Assembly (NCBI RefSeq): GCF_008831285.2
Contig: NC_045138.2
Location: 43,400,001-43,464,000, forward strand
Source of the DNA: Nymphaea colorata
Taxonomy: Eukaryota
Direction: 5' to 3'
DNA length: 64,000 nucleotides
Positions within the stretch are counted from its first letter, which is position 1. Each line of letters begins with the position of its first letter. A program made the translations under genes and the position numbers. The notes beneath the pieces were generated by a model, which ran no database searches, was not told the origin of the DNA, and worked only from the letters and a program-made list of their open reading frames with translations. This document shows, one piece after another, positions 41,476 to 55,190 of the stretch.

Positions 41476-42691
41476 AAATCCATATTTGACATCCATATTC
41501 ATAGCTTGTATACATTTTCAGCTCCAAAATTTCAATATTTGCATGGTTCAGTATTTAGATATGGTTTCAGATCCATATCCAAGTCACATGCCCTTCCTAG
41601 GTACGATCGAAATATCATGGTCATTTTTTTAAATAGCATTAATTCAATGTCCAAAATTCACAAAATATGCTTAACCTTTCCCAAAATGTTCTTTATTTTT
41701 TCAAAAGTACCCTTGTTTTTATCAAAAATTTCTGAAACACTCTTTCTTCCAAGGGCCAGAGTTGATGTGGTAGGCTAACTTGTCCTGGTCAGGTTATACC
41801 CAGCACGGCTAGGCCATGCATTGACTGGCCATGTCTTGCAGTGCCTGGACAGGCCGTCACGGCTGGCTGCATTGCTAGCCAAGCTTGGCTGTGGCTGAAT
41901 GCACTAGTGGTGCCAACACTAGCCAGGTACTTCCCTAATTAGCCTAGCCTAGACAGCTATGGCTTTGGTGGGGCTAACCTGGCAAGGCAAGCTTGTGGCA
42001 GGCTGGGGTGACCATTCCAGGCCTGCCACTTGGCTAGGCCAAGGCTGTGTGGGCCTAGGGGCAGCATGTCCTTTGGTGTTGTCAAACCCTTGGTCGACCT
42101 CATTTTTTGACAGATTTGACCTTATTAATGTAATTAAGTTATTTCTAAGATAATAATGACTAAAAAATAGATAATTACACTTAAAAAAGGATGATAATGC
42201 CCTTGGGCCTCCTTCCGCTATAAAGGCTCTCTATTTCTCTCCTCTAAGGCATCCCTAAACCTTTTGAGCGCTCTCTATCTTCCTCTAGCTTTTTGTCTCT
42301 CCTCCTTCAACTTCTTTCTTCCTTATTTTTCCCTCCCTTCGTCCCTTTTGCTTTGTTTTTCTTCATTTTCAATATCAAACATCCATTTCTAACAACAGGA
42401 AACCTTGAAAGAGTTCGTAAGAAGCATCCCTAACTCACTCAAGCCAGCTATCAAGTAGTCCCCTTTGTTGAAAGAGCTGAGGAACTGCCTCTATCCTAAA
42501 TCCTTTTTTTTTTTTGCATGTATCTCTCCTCTATTTTAGATGTTCCATATCCCTCTTCCTCCATGTCAAGTCAATGAAGATATAGGGATCTCTCTAAAAG
42601 TTAAGGATCTTCCTTAAAGCTTCAAGAGCATGACCGAAACAAGTATGGTTTTCTAACTTTTCTTTCTCTATATTATTAACATGGCTATATC

Positions 42692-43104
42692 TGTTCCCCC
42701 GCGTCTAGAGTCTGTACAGTCCTTTGCTTTGCAATGTACTTTCTTTGTTTACATTGAGTCTTGATGTAAGCTTTAGTATTCACCTGCGTCGAAGCACCCT
42801 CCCAAAACGGCCCAAGTGTAATATTGGGATTCCTTGTTTTGGATGGTCGACATGGGAATTCTATAAGCGGCTTTGGCCTTCCTATGTAAGTAAAGTTAAA
42901 AGCTTACTTGCTTTCCTCGTGATGTACTCATCTTGTTAAAGTGAATATATTGCGAGTTTTCTTTCTACACTCTTGTGTACTTTGTGTCTTTTGTTTTCGA
43001 AGAAACGTTCAAGTGGTCTGCGCCCACTTGAACGAGGTGAAGGCTTGCGGCTTACTGGCGAGAGTTTACCGCGCTGCGCGGTCCGAAGGAGTCGGCCCAT
43101 GACA
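42692..43104 (+). repeat. Gypsy 5' LTR
   Basis: tgttcccc...gcccatgaca. Confidence 0.92.
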
Positions 43105-43200
43105 ACTGGTATCAGAACCCAAACTCTGTTCAATCTGGGGAAGCGATTGGAGAGTCGGTGTAGATCGTCACGCCGACTTGCTGCTGTTGAGGAGAACGCC

Positions 43201-46200
43201 ATGGCATCGCAATACAATCTGCGGGGTGCCAAAGGCAAGGAGCCGGCCCATCCAGAAGAGACGAGCCCGGCCCATGACCAGGGAAACCTGGAAGAGACGG
43301 TGAATAGGTTGGTCGCAGATGTGGCCACCCATGAGGAAGCCCTCGGTTTTGCTGCTGAGACCTTTGAGGGATTTAAGGAGAAGATGAAGTTGATGTGGGA
43401 ACAGATGGTCGAGTCAGTGGCCATGAACCGATCACTCTCCGACTTGGTGAAGATCCTACAGGACGAAGTTGTTGGACTTCGGGCTTCAAATCAGAGACTG
43501 CTACGTACGAACTCAGCTAGTAGTAGCCAAGAGAGGACCAGTAGGGTCGACGTTCAACGTCCGGTGAAGTACAGTGGTAGCCGGGATACAAGAGCGATTG
43601 ACAACTTTCTGTTCCAAGTGGACTACTACCTGGACTTGCAGAATGTCGTAGAGGAAGATCTAAAGATCAAGACCGCAGCAATGTTGTTAGAGGGGGATGA
43701 TGTGGCTTGGTGGAGGAAAATGATAGACATTGAAAATGGTGACTGCACAATCAGAACCTTCGATGACTTCTGCAAACAGTTGAAGGGATACTTTATGCCC
43801 ATTCATGTTGGAAGACATGCTTATAGGTTGCTTGCAAACCTCGCCTTGAGGGATTACATTCAAGCATATCAGAAGGTCATGTTGGATGTGCCTATAATGC
43901 CAGAAAAAGACAAACTTCACTGGTTCGTCATATGGCTCCAATCTTGGGCCCAAGCTGACATGGAGAGATCGAATCCAGAGACCTTGGAGCAAACATATGT
44001 GGCAGCTGAGCACGTGGCAGATACCCAACGCAAAAGCTACACCGATACCTTCAAGGCTGTGAAAAAGTCCGACCACGGTGGTAAGAAACATGATCGGCGA
44101 GACCACAACAGGAATGAAACGGTGTCTCAGAAGCCAACCGAGAGAAAAACCTTCTGTCGCAAGGACTACACTGGGCCACCAAGGGAAGTGACTTGCTAGG
44201 TCTGCGGAGGAAAGCACCAAGCGCGTGTTTGTCCAAAGAGGGTGAGACCTATCGGGCAGGCCAATGCTGCGAGGGCCACCGAAGGCGAGACTGAGGAAGA
44301 GCAAACACGAATGGGTGTCGCTCAAATGATCAATGTTGTACAAAGCCGCGCAGCGTCTAGCAGTTTGGTGAACAAGGAACTGATGTACCTAGACGTCACT
44401 CTGAATGAAACGTCCACTGTTGCGATGGTAGACTCTGGGGCTACACATAACTTCGTCTCGAGAGAGGAGGTGGAGCGCGTGGGATAAAGCCTGTGCCGCA
44501 GCAGAGGACCCTTAAGATGGTGAACTCTGAAGCTAGGCCCATCCTCGGGGAAGCGAAGGGTGTAACGCAGATTCAAGGCTAGACGGGAGTCACCAACTTC
44601 TCCGTAGTACCCCTGGACGACTTCAAGGTGATTCTTGGGATGGAGTTTCTTCGAGGCCAGAATGCAATGATGCTGCCAAAATCCAACACATTGACAATGA
44701 GGGTGAGGATCAGTCCCACACAGTGCACTGCCACTCCATCAGAAACAAGTTTCCGTCGATGTTGTCGGCCATGCAACTGAAGAAGGGCGTGCGTCATGGG
44801 GAACAAACATTCCTCGTGGCCGTACGTCTAGAAGAAGATGACCCTTAGCCTATAGTCATTCCGCCAGGACTAGCCCCGATCCTGAAGCATTTCGAGGGAG
44901 TCATGCCCCCTGAGCTGCCCAAACGCCAACCTCCCAGGCGTGAAGTTGATCACGAGATAGACTTGGTTCCCAGAGCCAGGCCACCAGCAATGGTCTCCTA
45001 CAGAATGGGAGCGGCCGAACTGAAGGGGCTGCGAAGGCAGCTTGATGACATGCTTGAGTCAGGGATCATTCGCGCCTCTAAGGCACCATTCGGAGCTCAT
45101 GTATTGTTCCAAACGAAACACGATGGTTCCAAGAGACTCTGTGTGGATTATCGCGCTTTGAACAAGGTGACGGTGAAGAACAAGTACCCACTTCCTTTGA
45201 TTGCAGACCTGTTCGACCAGTTGGGCAAGGCGAGGATCTTTTCCAAGTTGGACCTTCGTTCTGGCTACTGGCAGGTCAGGATTGTAGAAGGTGATGAACC
45301 AAAGACGACTTGCGTCACCCGCTATGGAGCATATGAGCTCCTAGTTATGCCATTCGGGTTGACGAATGCCCCCGCGACTTTCTTGACTCTCATGAAAAAG
45401 ATATTCTACCCCTACCTTGACAAGTTTGTGGTAGTCTACCTTGATGACATTGTAGTCTTTAGCAGCGACCTTGAGGAGCACGTCAGTCACTTGAAGACGA
45501 TGTTCCAGGTTCTCAAAGAAAATGATCTCTTTGTGAAGAAGAAGAAGTGTCTTTTTGGACAACAGGAGATCAATTTCCTCAGCTATATTGTAGGGAATGG
45601 TCAGCTGTGAATGGATCTGGAGAAAGTGAAGGCTGTTCAAGATTGGAAGCCGCCCTCAAATGTGCCTGAATTGCGGTTCTTTCTTGGGTTAGCAAATTAC
45701 TATCGGCGGTTCATCACGGGGTACTCATTGATAGCGGCTCCCCTTACTGACTTACTTAAGAAGAACAGGTTCTGGATTTGGACCCAGTCTGCCCAAGATG
45801 CCTTTGAAGGCCTGAAGCGTGAACTTGTACAAGAGTCGTTCTCAGGTTGCCAGATCATTCAAAGCCCTTTGAAGTACACACAGATGCCTCAGATTTTGCC
45901 ATCGATGGGGTACTATTGCAGGACGGTCATCTGATTGCCTATGAGAGTCAGAAATTGAAAGACCCTGAGAAGCGGTACACAGTGCATGAACGGGAGATGA
46001 CCGCCATTGTGCATTGCTTGCGCATATGGAGGCACTAGGGGTAGAGTTCATCATCAAGACGGAAAACGTAGCCACGAGTTACTTCAAGACTCAGAAGAAG
46101 TTAACTCCTAAGCAGGCTCGTTGGTAGGAATTCTTGGCGGAGTTCAATTTTGCTTTGGAGTACAAGGTTGGAAAGACCAACGTGGTAGCGGATGCGTTGA

Positions 46201-47728
46201 GTAGAAAAGCAGAACTTGCGGCCTCTCAAGCGGGGACCTCCGAAGCTCAATTGGAGGGTGCGCTCATCAAGCGGGTTCGTGAAGGGATGCAGCAGGACTC
46301 AGCGGCCCAACACTTGCCTTGGCTGAAGCGGGGAAGACCCGGAGATTCTGGCTGCGAGATGGATTGCTCCTCACCAAGGGCGGACGTGTTTTTGTGCCGA
46401 AGTGGGGCAATCTCCGAAGGGAGCTGACAAAGGAGTGCCACAATATGCTTTTGGCTGGCCACCCAGGCTAGGAGCGGAATCTGGCCCTTCTTGAATGTGG
46501 TTATTATTGGCTCCAGATGCGCGATGATGTGGAGGCGTATGTCAAGACATGTCTCATCTGTCAGCGGGACAAAGGGACCAATTAGAAGCCTGCCAGCCTG
46601 CTCGAGCCTCTTCCTATTCTGGAGCGTTCATGGGAGAGTATTTCCATGGACTTCATTGTGAGTTTACCCCGAGTTGATGGCTACAACTCCATCTTTCTTG
46701 TGGTGGACAGGTTTTCTAAGTATGCCACGTTCATCCCAACTACGAAGGAGAGTCCAGCAGAGAAGATGGCAGAGATGTTTGTGAAGAACATTGTGAAGTA
46801 TTGGGGTGTGCCGAAGAGTATTGTGAGTGATCGCGATGCTCGCTTCACGGGCAAGTTTTGGCATGAAGTGTTTCGGTTACTTGGCTCAGACTTGTTGTTT
46901 TCCACAAGTTTCCACCCTCAGACTAATGGCCAGACCGAACGCATCAATGCCTTGTTGGAACAGTACCTGTGTCACTTTGTCAGCGCCAACCAGAAAAACT
47001 GGGTAAAGCTGCTCGATGTGGCCCAATTCTGTTACAACCTACAGAAGAGCAAGTCTTCAGGCCACAGCCTCTTTGAAGTAGCCACCGGGCAGTAGTCGTT
47101 GATGCCTCACACTGTTTTCGCTCAAGAAAAGGGAAGACCCAGCTTCGCCTACCAGTTTGTCAGAGACTGGCAGGAACAAACGGAGATAGCGAAGGCGTTC
47201 TTGCACAAGGCCGCCAAAAAAATGAAGAAATGGGCTGACAAGAATCGGAGACCTGCTGAGTTTCGAGTGGGAGACCAAGTTCTTGTCAAGCTTTATCCAG
47301 ACCGCTCGGGCATCTTCCGTGGACAACACCGAGCATTGATCAGGAAGTATGAAGGGCCATTTACTATGGTCAAGAGGATTGGGAAGTTGGCATACAAGTT
47401 AGATCTACCACCAGACTTCAAGGTGCATTCAGTGTTTCACGTCTGCAACCTCAAGCCCTTCTACACTGACACTGAAGACCCGGAGAGAAGCCAGCCGCAA
47501 CGAGAACCAATCTTGCAACGAGCTCCTTCAACCCAGAGGGCCACTGATCGACAGTTAGATTAGATCCTTCGACACAAAGTCAACTACCTTAGTGAACCGA
47601 AACGATACTTGGTTAGGTGGGTAGACGAAGACCAGCCAACATGGGAGTATGCCTTTCGTTTGAAGCGAAGCCATCCAGAAGAAGTCAAGGTCTACCACGA
47701 AGCTGATAGCGCCGAGGACGGCGCTTGA
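43201..47728 (+). pseudogene. Gypsy gag-pol pseudogene with C-terminal chromodomain
   Basis: Zinc knuckle C*VCGGKHQARVC; protease [42 protein letters not shown]; RNase [10 protein letters not shown]; integrase SMDFI, HPQTNGQTER, EGPF; chromodomain YLVRW...TWE; many stops and frameshifts. Confidence 0.94.
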
Positions 47729-47744
47729 TTTGAAGGGGGGAGCA

Positions 47745-48156
47745 TGTTCCCCTACGTCTAGAGCATGTACAGTCCTTTGATTTGCAATGTACTTTCTTTG
47801 CTTACGTTGAGTTTTGGTGTAAGCTTTAGTGTTCACCTATGTCGAAGCACCCTTCCAAAACGGCCCAAGTGTAATATTGGGATTCCTTGTTTTGAATGGT
47901 CGGCATGGAAATTCTGTAAGCGGCTTTGGCCATCCTATGTAAGTAAAGTTAAAAGCTTACTTTCTTCCCTCATGATGTACTCATCTTGTTAAAGTAAATA
48001 TATTACGAGTTTTCTTCCCACACTCTTGTGTACTTTGTGTTTTTTGTTTGCGAAGAAACGTTCAAGTGATCTACGCCCACTTGAATGAGGCTAAGGCTTG
48101 CGGCTTACTAGCGAGAGTTTGATGCGCCGTGCGGTCCGAAGGAGTCGCCCGTGATA
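47745..48156 (+). repeat. Gypsy 3' LTR
   Basis: tgttcccc...gcccgtgata; direct repeat of 42692-43104. Confidence 0.9.
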
Positions 48157-51100
48157 TCTCTATCTTTTTTAATATTTTTCTCTCTCCTCTTAATTCCTTT
48201 TCTTCTTATTCTTTCTCTCTTTCTCTTTCTCTCTCTCTCTCTTCTTGTAGTTTTATCTTCTTCTCTCTAGCTTTTGACTTATTAAAATGAATGATTTTAT
48301 GAAATGTGAATTACTAGTGAGGACTTGGGTTGGGATATTTGCCTATTTTCATTATTTTTTAAGATGCTATGTCCAACACATGAAAACACCCAAATACATT
48401 TGATGTACATGTTAATTTGTAGTCTACATACATTCTTTGCAATTTTCCAAATACAAATTCATCCTCCACCCCTTTCAATCTTTCATTCCTTTTCAGCCTC
48501 TCCATGGCTCACGTAGACTTTAATACATCCTTAAGTGACTTGCTAGATGAATATTTACCCCAATCACTTTTCAAGAAGTTTTTCTTTTTCTTGTCCATTG
48601 CTCTATAAATGTATGCTATGATAGGCATGGTCTATTTCTTTCTTAAACATATAAAAAAAACCCATTTTGGCATATATACATGATGTACTAATGAATTATA
48701 CAATGTTCACATGCACATATCTAAGAAACTTAAGTAAGACAAGAAGTCCTCATAAGGTTTTGTTTGAATTAGGGCAAAATCTTAAAATTTCTTTAAGGTT
48801 TAAGGAAAACACTTCTACAAATTGTGATATTTTCTCTTTTCAAACACCAAATATTTACTCTTTTCTAACATAAAATTTTGATTTTCAAAATAGTTGCAAT
48901 ATTGGAAACTCTCTTCCTATTGGCCTTATGATGAATATGACTGTGGTCATTGTCCCTCTAACTTAAGATTTTATTTCCTAAAACAAAGTTTAAAAATTTG
49001 TTTTTTTCAAAGCATGACAAGTTGACGTTACATTTTGCAAAAAAAAAAAACTTGAAAACATGCTTTCCAAATATTTTCTCAAAGTAAAATAAGTTAAAAA
49101 CTTTGATTTTCAAAACTATTTTTAAGCATAAATTATCTTTTATATTTGTGTTTTAATGATAATATTAGAAGAACTCAAATGATGTTAAAGTATCTATCCT
49201 TAAACATTTTATTTTCTAAACTATTTAAGTTTTTTATATTTCAAGCTCGTCTTGTCCAAAGTCAATGTTATTCAAGTTCATTAAAATACCATAGGTCTAC
49301 CCTGAGGGCACTATATTTTATACCAAAAATTATTTAAATCTCTTCAAAATCTCTCTCAAACTTTTGAAAGTTTTGCTTAGCTTGAGCACACATGCACATT
49401 GGACTTAACATAATACTTAAAGATGTTTGAATGTAAAACAGCAAAGAGGCTAGTTCTTAGTTTGTTTACCTCCAATAAAGGTGCCAATATTGGTCAGGCC
49501 TCATACTGATGGGTGAGTCACTTTCTCTCTTTTTCAAAAACAAAATCTCTTCTTTCTGATACACTCCAAAAACCGAAATCAATGTTAGGATGCAAACAAA
49601 GAGTCATATATGATAGCTGGGAGCATTGCCAACTTTTGGTCTACTGATACAAATGTGTCACTTTAACTCATTCTATACGCGAAAAGCAGTTGACTATCAA
49701 CCAAAGGCATATTTGAAGAGAAAGGAAGAAAAAAAAAAGCATAGTCAAAAGAGCCAATGTTGATAGTGGATCTTTTCTTTGTAATAGTTTTTATTTGCGT
49801 TGGATCTATAGTCGTTGAACTGATATACTATTTGGCCACTGCTCTATACTTGGTCATTTGATAGACATATTGTTATGTATGATTCCTTTTTTGGGGCAAG
49901 CCATTGTTTTGGACACTGATATACTATTGGGTTTTTTAATGTTCATGTTTTGGTTTGCTTGTAATGCTTAAGTATGACTTATTTCTATGATAGGTGTGAA
50001 TATCTATTTGGTTTGATATGAAATGGCATGAAGGGCCCACACAAATTAAGAATATTCTTATGATGGCTGATCACATGGTTGTTATTAAATGAATGATTAT
50101 GTGTTAATGTGTTCATCTACTAATTTGTTAACTTTTGCATAGGTTTTGTAATTTTGATCATCTAGCAAGAGGGTTGTACATTTTTTACTATGTTGAGAAT
50201 GTCTATGTTTTCATGAAAATCTTGGCTAGCATGAAAATTATGTATGATTTGCTGTTGTAAGTTTGTACAAGGAATTTGTAGTGTATAGAATATCCTAAGA
50301 AATAACAATATGAAATTTTGTCCATATATTTCTCTATTTTGCAAGCATTGTACTTATGGGCAAAACTTCTAGCAAATAAAATTTGTGTACATTTTTGATA
50401 GGTATATTTTGTTTATAATGTTAGGCCTAGAAATTTTCCTAACCTAGTCTCTACCTCATCACAAAGTGTTATGAATTCTTAATCCAGCACCAATGGTAGT
50501 CTATAAACATTCTACCACGCTATGTATGTCACTTGAGATTATTGGCATGTGATTAGCTCCAACGACTGCAAAGGTTTCTATTTTTTGGCTGGGCACCTAT
50601 ATCTACAGCCATGATGACAAGATTTCTCAAATGATAGTTCCTGTGGTTGGGTATTAGAAATCTCAACTGGGATAATTCTCCTCTACTGCTGGTGGGGTTC
50701 AATGGTGTACTCCGTAATACTTAAGGGGACACTTGGATTGTGAACTTGTTATCATTACAGGAAGTATGGAACATGATATAATTATTAATAGTCTATTGTT
50801 GTTATTGATGTACATAATGAAATTTATATAAAGGGACTATTAGTATGTGTTTTAACAAATCTAACAAAAAGACTTGATAATATGTTGAAAAATAAAATTT
50901 GTGTGATTACTGAAAAACAAATTCTAAAAAAGAAATTGTGTAATGGTGAGTTTTTTTCAAAAGTATGACTATTTTCTCCTATTCCACTTGGTCATCAAGC
51001 ATCCAAAAATTTCTCTACTCAAAACTTTTTCTAGTTCATCAAATACATCTTTGCCATAAAGTAAACTGAAAATTCCCACTTTTCACCCTTTACTCAGGGA

Positions 51101-52266
51101 ACCTTCTCCAAGACAGCTTCCCTTCCAAATCAAGGTGCACAACCAATCACTACCTAGATGAGAAAGTAGTTGCTAGTCGCACATGTATTAACAATTCATC
51201 CCAAGGAATGAATGTTGAGAATGAGTAGTGGGAATGTACTGTCTGAATTTGTAACCTTGAATATATTTGTTAGACTATATGTGGGAATATATGATTTGCA
51301 AATTTTCAAATAACTGATATCTTATAAAAAAGTGTGTGTAGATAACTTTTTGTCTATATTGTAAATTGTGACATTCATCTATGACAAGTTTTTGATAAAT
51401 AAAAGTCTGACGAAATGCTGATGTTTAATTTAAGTTTCTTAAGTAAATAAATTTCATAAACAAGTTTTTCAAACAAAAATCAAACAAACTTGAGTAACAA
51501 TTTGATCTTGATAGAGGATAGTCACTTGAATGCACCATGTTTGCCAACCATTAGGCTGACATGTATGGAATACATATTGTAATAGTAGTTCATATTATAT
51601 ATGTTGCTAGTGATTCTAAAATAGTTGCTTCAAACTATGTTTGGTAGAATCTCATTCAAATTCCACCTCTTATAAGCTATATTACAAGTATAGTGAAGGT
51701 AGTCAATATTATTCAAACTATAAATTGCTGCAAGTAATTCGAAATAAGACACTCATTCTTTGATTCTTATGTTGTAATTTCATGCAACATGTGAGTGTAT
51801 TTAACTTACTATTAATACTATAATGCACAACCTTCATCTACATGAAGTTTTTATATGTGCTCTTCTACTAGTTCCATTAGCATATAGAGTACTTTCTTGC
51901 TTTTTGTAGTCATCTGGTGAAATTGAGCACTTTTTTCAAATTAAAGTAAACGGAATTTACAAACAAGTTTGTGACGTAAACAACTACTAAATTAGGGGAA
52001 TTCTACTACGTAAAGTCTACTCATTTGAATTAGTCTCATATGCACATGCTACGATACATGCAAGTGGTGATCTACAAATGATGCACATATCTATCACTCC
52101 CTTGTTGGTGAAATCCCCTTCAAATTCTACATCTTGTTATCTAAATATAATTGCCACAATTTTCCTACTTCAACCAAATCTAAAAATATGACAACAAATT
52201 TTAATGTGATATGATGTAAAAGTGTACAATATATAGTCTCCATAATATACAAATGTAATGCCACTT

Positions 52267-53128
52267 TGTTCACATCCTTTTTTTTTTTTGGAGTGCTCTA
52301 GAAAAATGAATTTTTTTTTTGTTTTGAAATGAAAGAGAAAAGGACTCACCCATCGGTACAAGGATCGACCGTTCCCTATGCCTTTACCCCTATCCAAGGG
52401 TTGTGTTTACTCTTGATGCATTTCTTTTTAACTTAAACAACTTTTGCATTCTAAATGTGCATGTGGTGTTTGAGAAAATATTGAAGACCTGATACTTCAA
52501 TTGTTTGAGAAAGTTTTGAAGAATCATTTGAGAATGTAAAACATTTTGATCTAAGAAAAAACTTGAATTGAGAAATCTTTACAAATATTGTTTGGAAACA
52601 TTTGAAGACCATCTTTTAGAAATCACTTTGGTGTTTTCTTAACACTTTAAGTAGTTTTGAGGTTTTACTCTAATTCGGTTACTATCTAATTAGAACTCTA
52701 TATCATCTTGCTTAAGTTCTTTTAGAGATATGCTTGTGGTCATTTATGATGTTAAGTGAATGTGGATACATAAATGCATTGATCTTACATGATTCATTCC
52801 TACCACAACATTCATCTAAAGACATTCCTATCATCACATACATCTAAGATTTTCATAATAAATATTTTTGATTAAAAGAGAAAAATTTTTGAAATATAAT
52901 GGAGTTGTAGACCCTCAAGCATGATTCTAAAATTGGGTTATTACTTGAATTTTGGTCTTGGTGAAGTCAGCAATTGAGAAATTAAAACCTTAAATCATGG
53001 GAGAAAAATATTTGAATAAATGAAAAAGAGGAAAGACTTGATCACAAGAGAGATAGAGAAAAAGAGAGAGAGAAAGAGATCTTGAAAATCATAAAATCAA
53101 AGATTTAAAAGAAAGACAGATACATATT

Positions 53129-53163
<35 letters not shown>

Positions 53164-54777
53164 AGATACATCTACAATAAGCTTATAAAATGAGGTTTCA
53201 ATCAAGTAGAGAACAGAAGATCATTTTAGAAAGATAGAGATAGAGATTTTAAAAATGAATACACGTATATATATTCATATATACATATATGAGAGTTTGT
53301 AAAAGTATGTTAAATCATAAAGAGAGAAAGACAAATAAAGATATTCATATGCACATATATGTATATAACATGTATATACGCAGATGTCTTTATGCGTATT
53401 AAAATGAAGAAATGACTTGAAAATATCCGACTTCAATTTTGATGTAGGCCGGAGGGGAACTTGGGCTCGGGCAAGAGCCTAAGAATAAATATCCAAGGCC
53501 ACATTGGAGAACGTATTTGCTTTTGAAAATATTTTGAAAAACATGCTTTCAAATATAAACATAAAATCATATTGTTTGCTTCAAGAAAATACATTTCTTC
53601 ACCAATGGGTATGAAAGAAAATCAAATACTCATGAAATAGGGAATGAGGAAACACTCATTGGGGTTCCTAATCGGGTGATTAAGAAATAAACTAAGCTTA
53701 AAATAACATAAAGATGCACTTTAACATGTACAAATTCATGAATGGCTTTCCTTAGTTGAACAATTCCCAACCTCAAAAGTCAACACAAGAATGAATAAGT
53801 CACAACCCAAACACTCATTCTCACTGTACGTTTGCTCATCAATTAATGACAACTAGAACATCATTTCAAGCATGAATGATGAATTAAGCAATATGGCAAA
53901 CATATTTTGGAAATAAATAAAGAAATGAAATTTATTCTGCCTTGCCCATACTCCCGGTGCACTCAAGATATAGTTCTCGATTCCAGATAAGAAATTTTTT
54001 GAGCTTTCTTGCACGGCCATGGGGAGGTGGTAAGAGGAAAAGAGAAAATGAAAGTGGATGATTACATACCTCGGATATAGATGAGCCTCCTCCTTTAAAT
54101 GATTCAAGGATCACATCGGATGAAGCTCCAAAATGATGAGATAATTCCTCTAAGGGGTCTTCTTGTGCTCCCTTGAGGAGTTTGAACTTGGAGATGTTTG
54201 CTCCCAAGGTTGGAGAAGAAGAAAAAAAGAAGAAGAGAGAAATGCAAAGAGAGACAAATCTTTAAATGAAAAAACATTAGAAATCTCCAAAAGGTTAGCC
54301 CATGCTCAAGAGGGAGGATAGATGGGGTATTTATAAGGAGTTTTGGAGCCAAAAATCAAAATTTGAATTTTTTTGAATTTGACAAGATTTTCATGCGAAT
54401 TTCAAATCTTTTTGGAGCCAAATTCAAAATTTGAATTCAAGAGGAAAGAGTTTTGGAGCCAAAATGCAAAATTTGAATTCAATGGAAGAGTTTTGGAGAT
54501 AAAATTCAAAAATTGAATTCGGCTTTGGAATTTGAGTTTGGAATTCTCGATTTGGATCTATACTTGGATTTTATATCTAATTCAGATCTGATAATTGGAT
54601 TTTCGATTTGAATCTCACGTATAAGGTTGGGTTTTGAATTTGAACTTTGTGTTTGGGTTTGGACAACAATTTCAAATTTTATTTTGGATCGAATAGTCGT
54701 AAATTTGTTTTCGGGTCTAAAATTTAAATCTAAATAATAAAATAATAGTCTTTTTTGAAAAAATTGGGGTGATAACA
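52267..54777 (-). repeat. 3' LTR (2511 bp) of the Ogre-like element
   Basis: Plus-strand tgttcacatcc...ggtgataaca; TATAAATA on minus near 54330. Confidence 0.88.
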
Positions 54778-54890
54778 GATGCCCCTCTTTGCTACTAAGC
54801 CGGTGTTTGCCGTGCTTAGTGGCAAAGATAAGCATCTCAAATTTTGAGTGATGAAAATTTTGGCTAAAAAGATTAAAATGTCGAAACTGC

Positions 54891-55190
54891 ATGTCAGGTT
54901 TTAACCTCTTGCCTGAATGAGTTGTTTGAGCTTATGTTGTAGGTTTAACCCATTGCCTGCGCGGGTTTGCCGATATCGAATTTAAGTTTAACTCCCTGAA
55001 TATGTTGCCTTGACTTGCATTGCAAGTTTAACCCCTTACCTGTGTGGGTTGCTTTGGCTTACATTGCAGGTTTAACCCCTTATATGTGTGGGTTGTTTTG
55101 GCTTGCATTGCAAGTTTAACTCGTTGCCTGCTTGAGTTGCTTTTTTGCCCTTAATTTTAGGTTTTACCTCTTCCCTGAATGAGTTGCTCG
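54891..55190. repeat. 44-bp tandem repeat, about 6-7 degenerate copies, near the PPT
   Basis: gca(a/g)gtttaac recurs at 55022, 55066 and 55110. Confidence 0.8.

Larger units (their letters stand above)
42692..48156 (+). mobile_element. Ty3/gypsy chromovirus LTR retrotransposon (Galadriel/Monkey-like), full length but decayed
   Basis: Paired LTRs of about 413 bp; PBS tggtatcaga at 43107; PPT gaaggggggagca at 47732-47744; order gag-PR-RT-RH-INT-chromodomain. TSD ambiguous (ATATC at 42687-42691 and 48154-48158, overlapping the 3' end). Confidence 0.95.

Noticed and set aside
42936..44343. Antisense ORFs of 162 and 218 aa
   Set aside because: Shadow frames opposite the gypsy gag.
54891..55190. 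Regularly spaced repeat as a possible CRISPR-like array
   Set aside because: Contiguous degenerate tandem units without unique spacers, in eukaryotic retroelement context.
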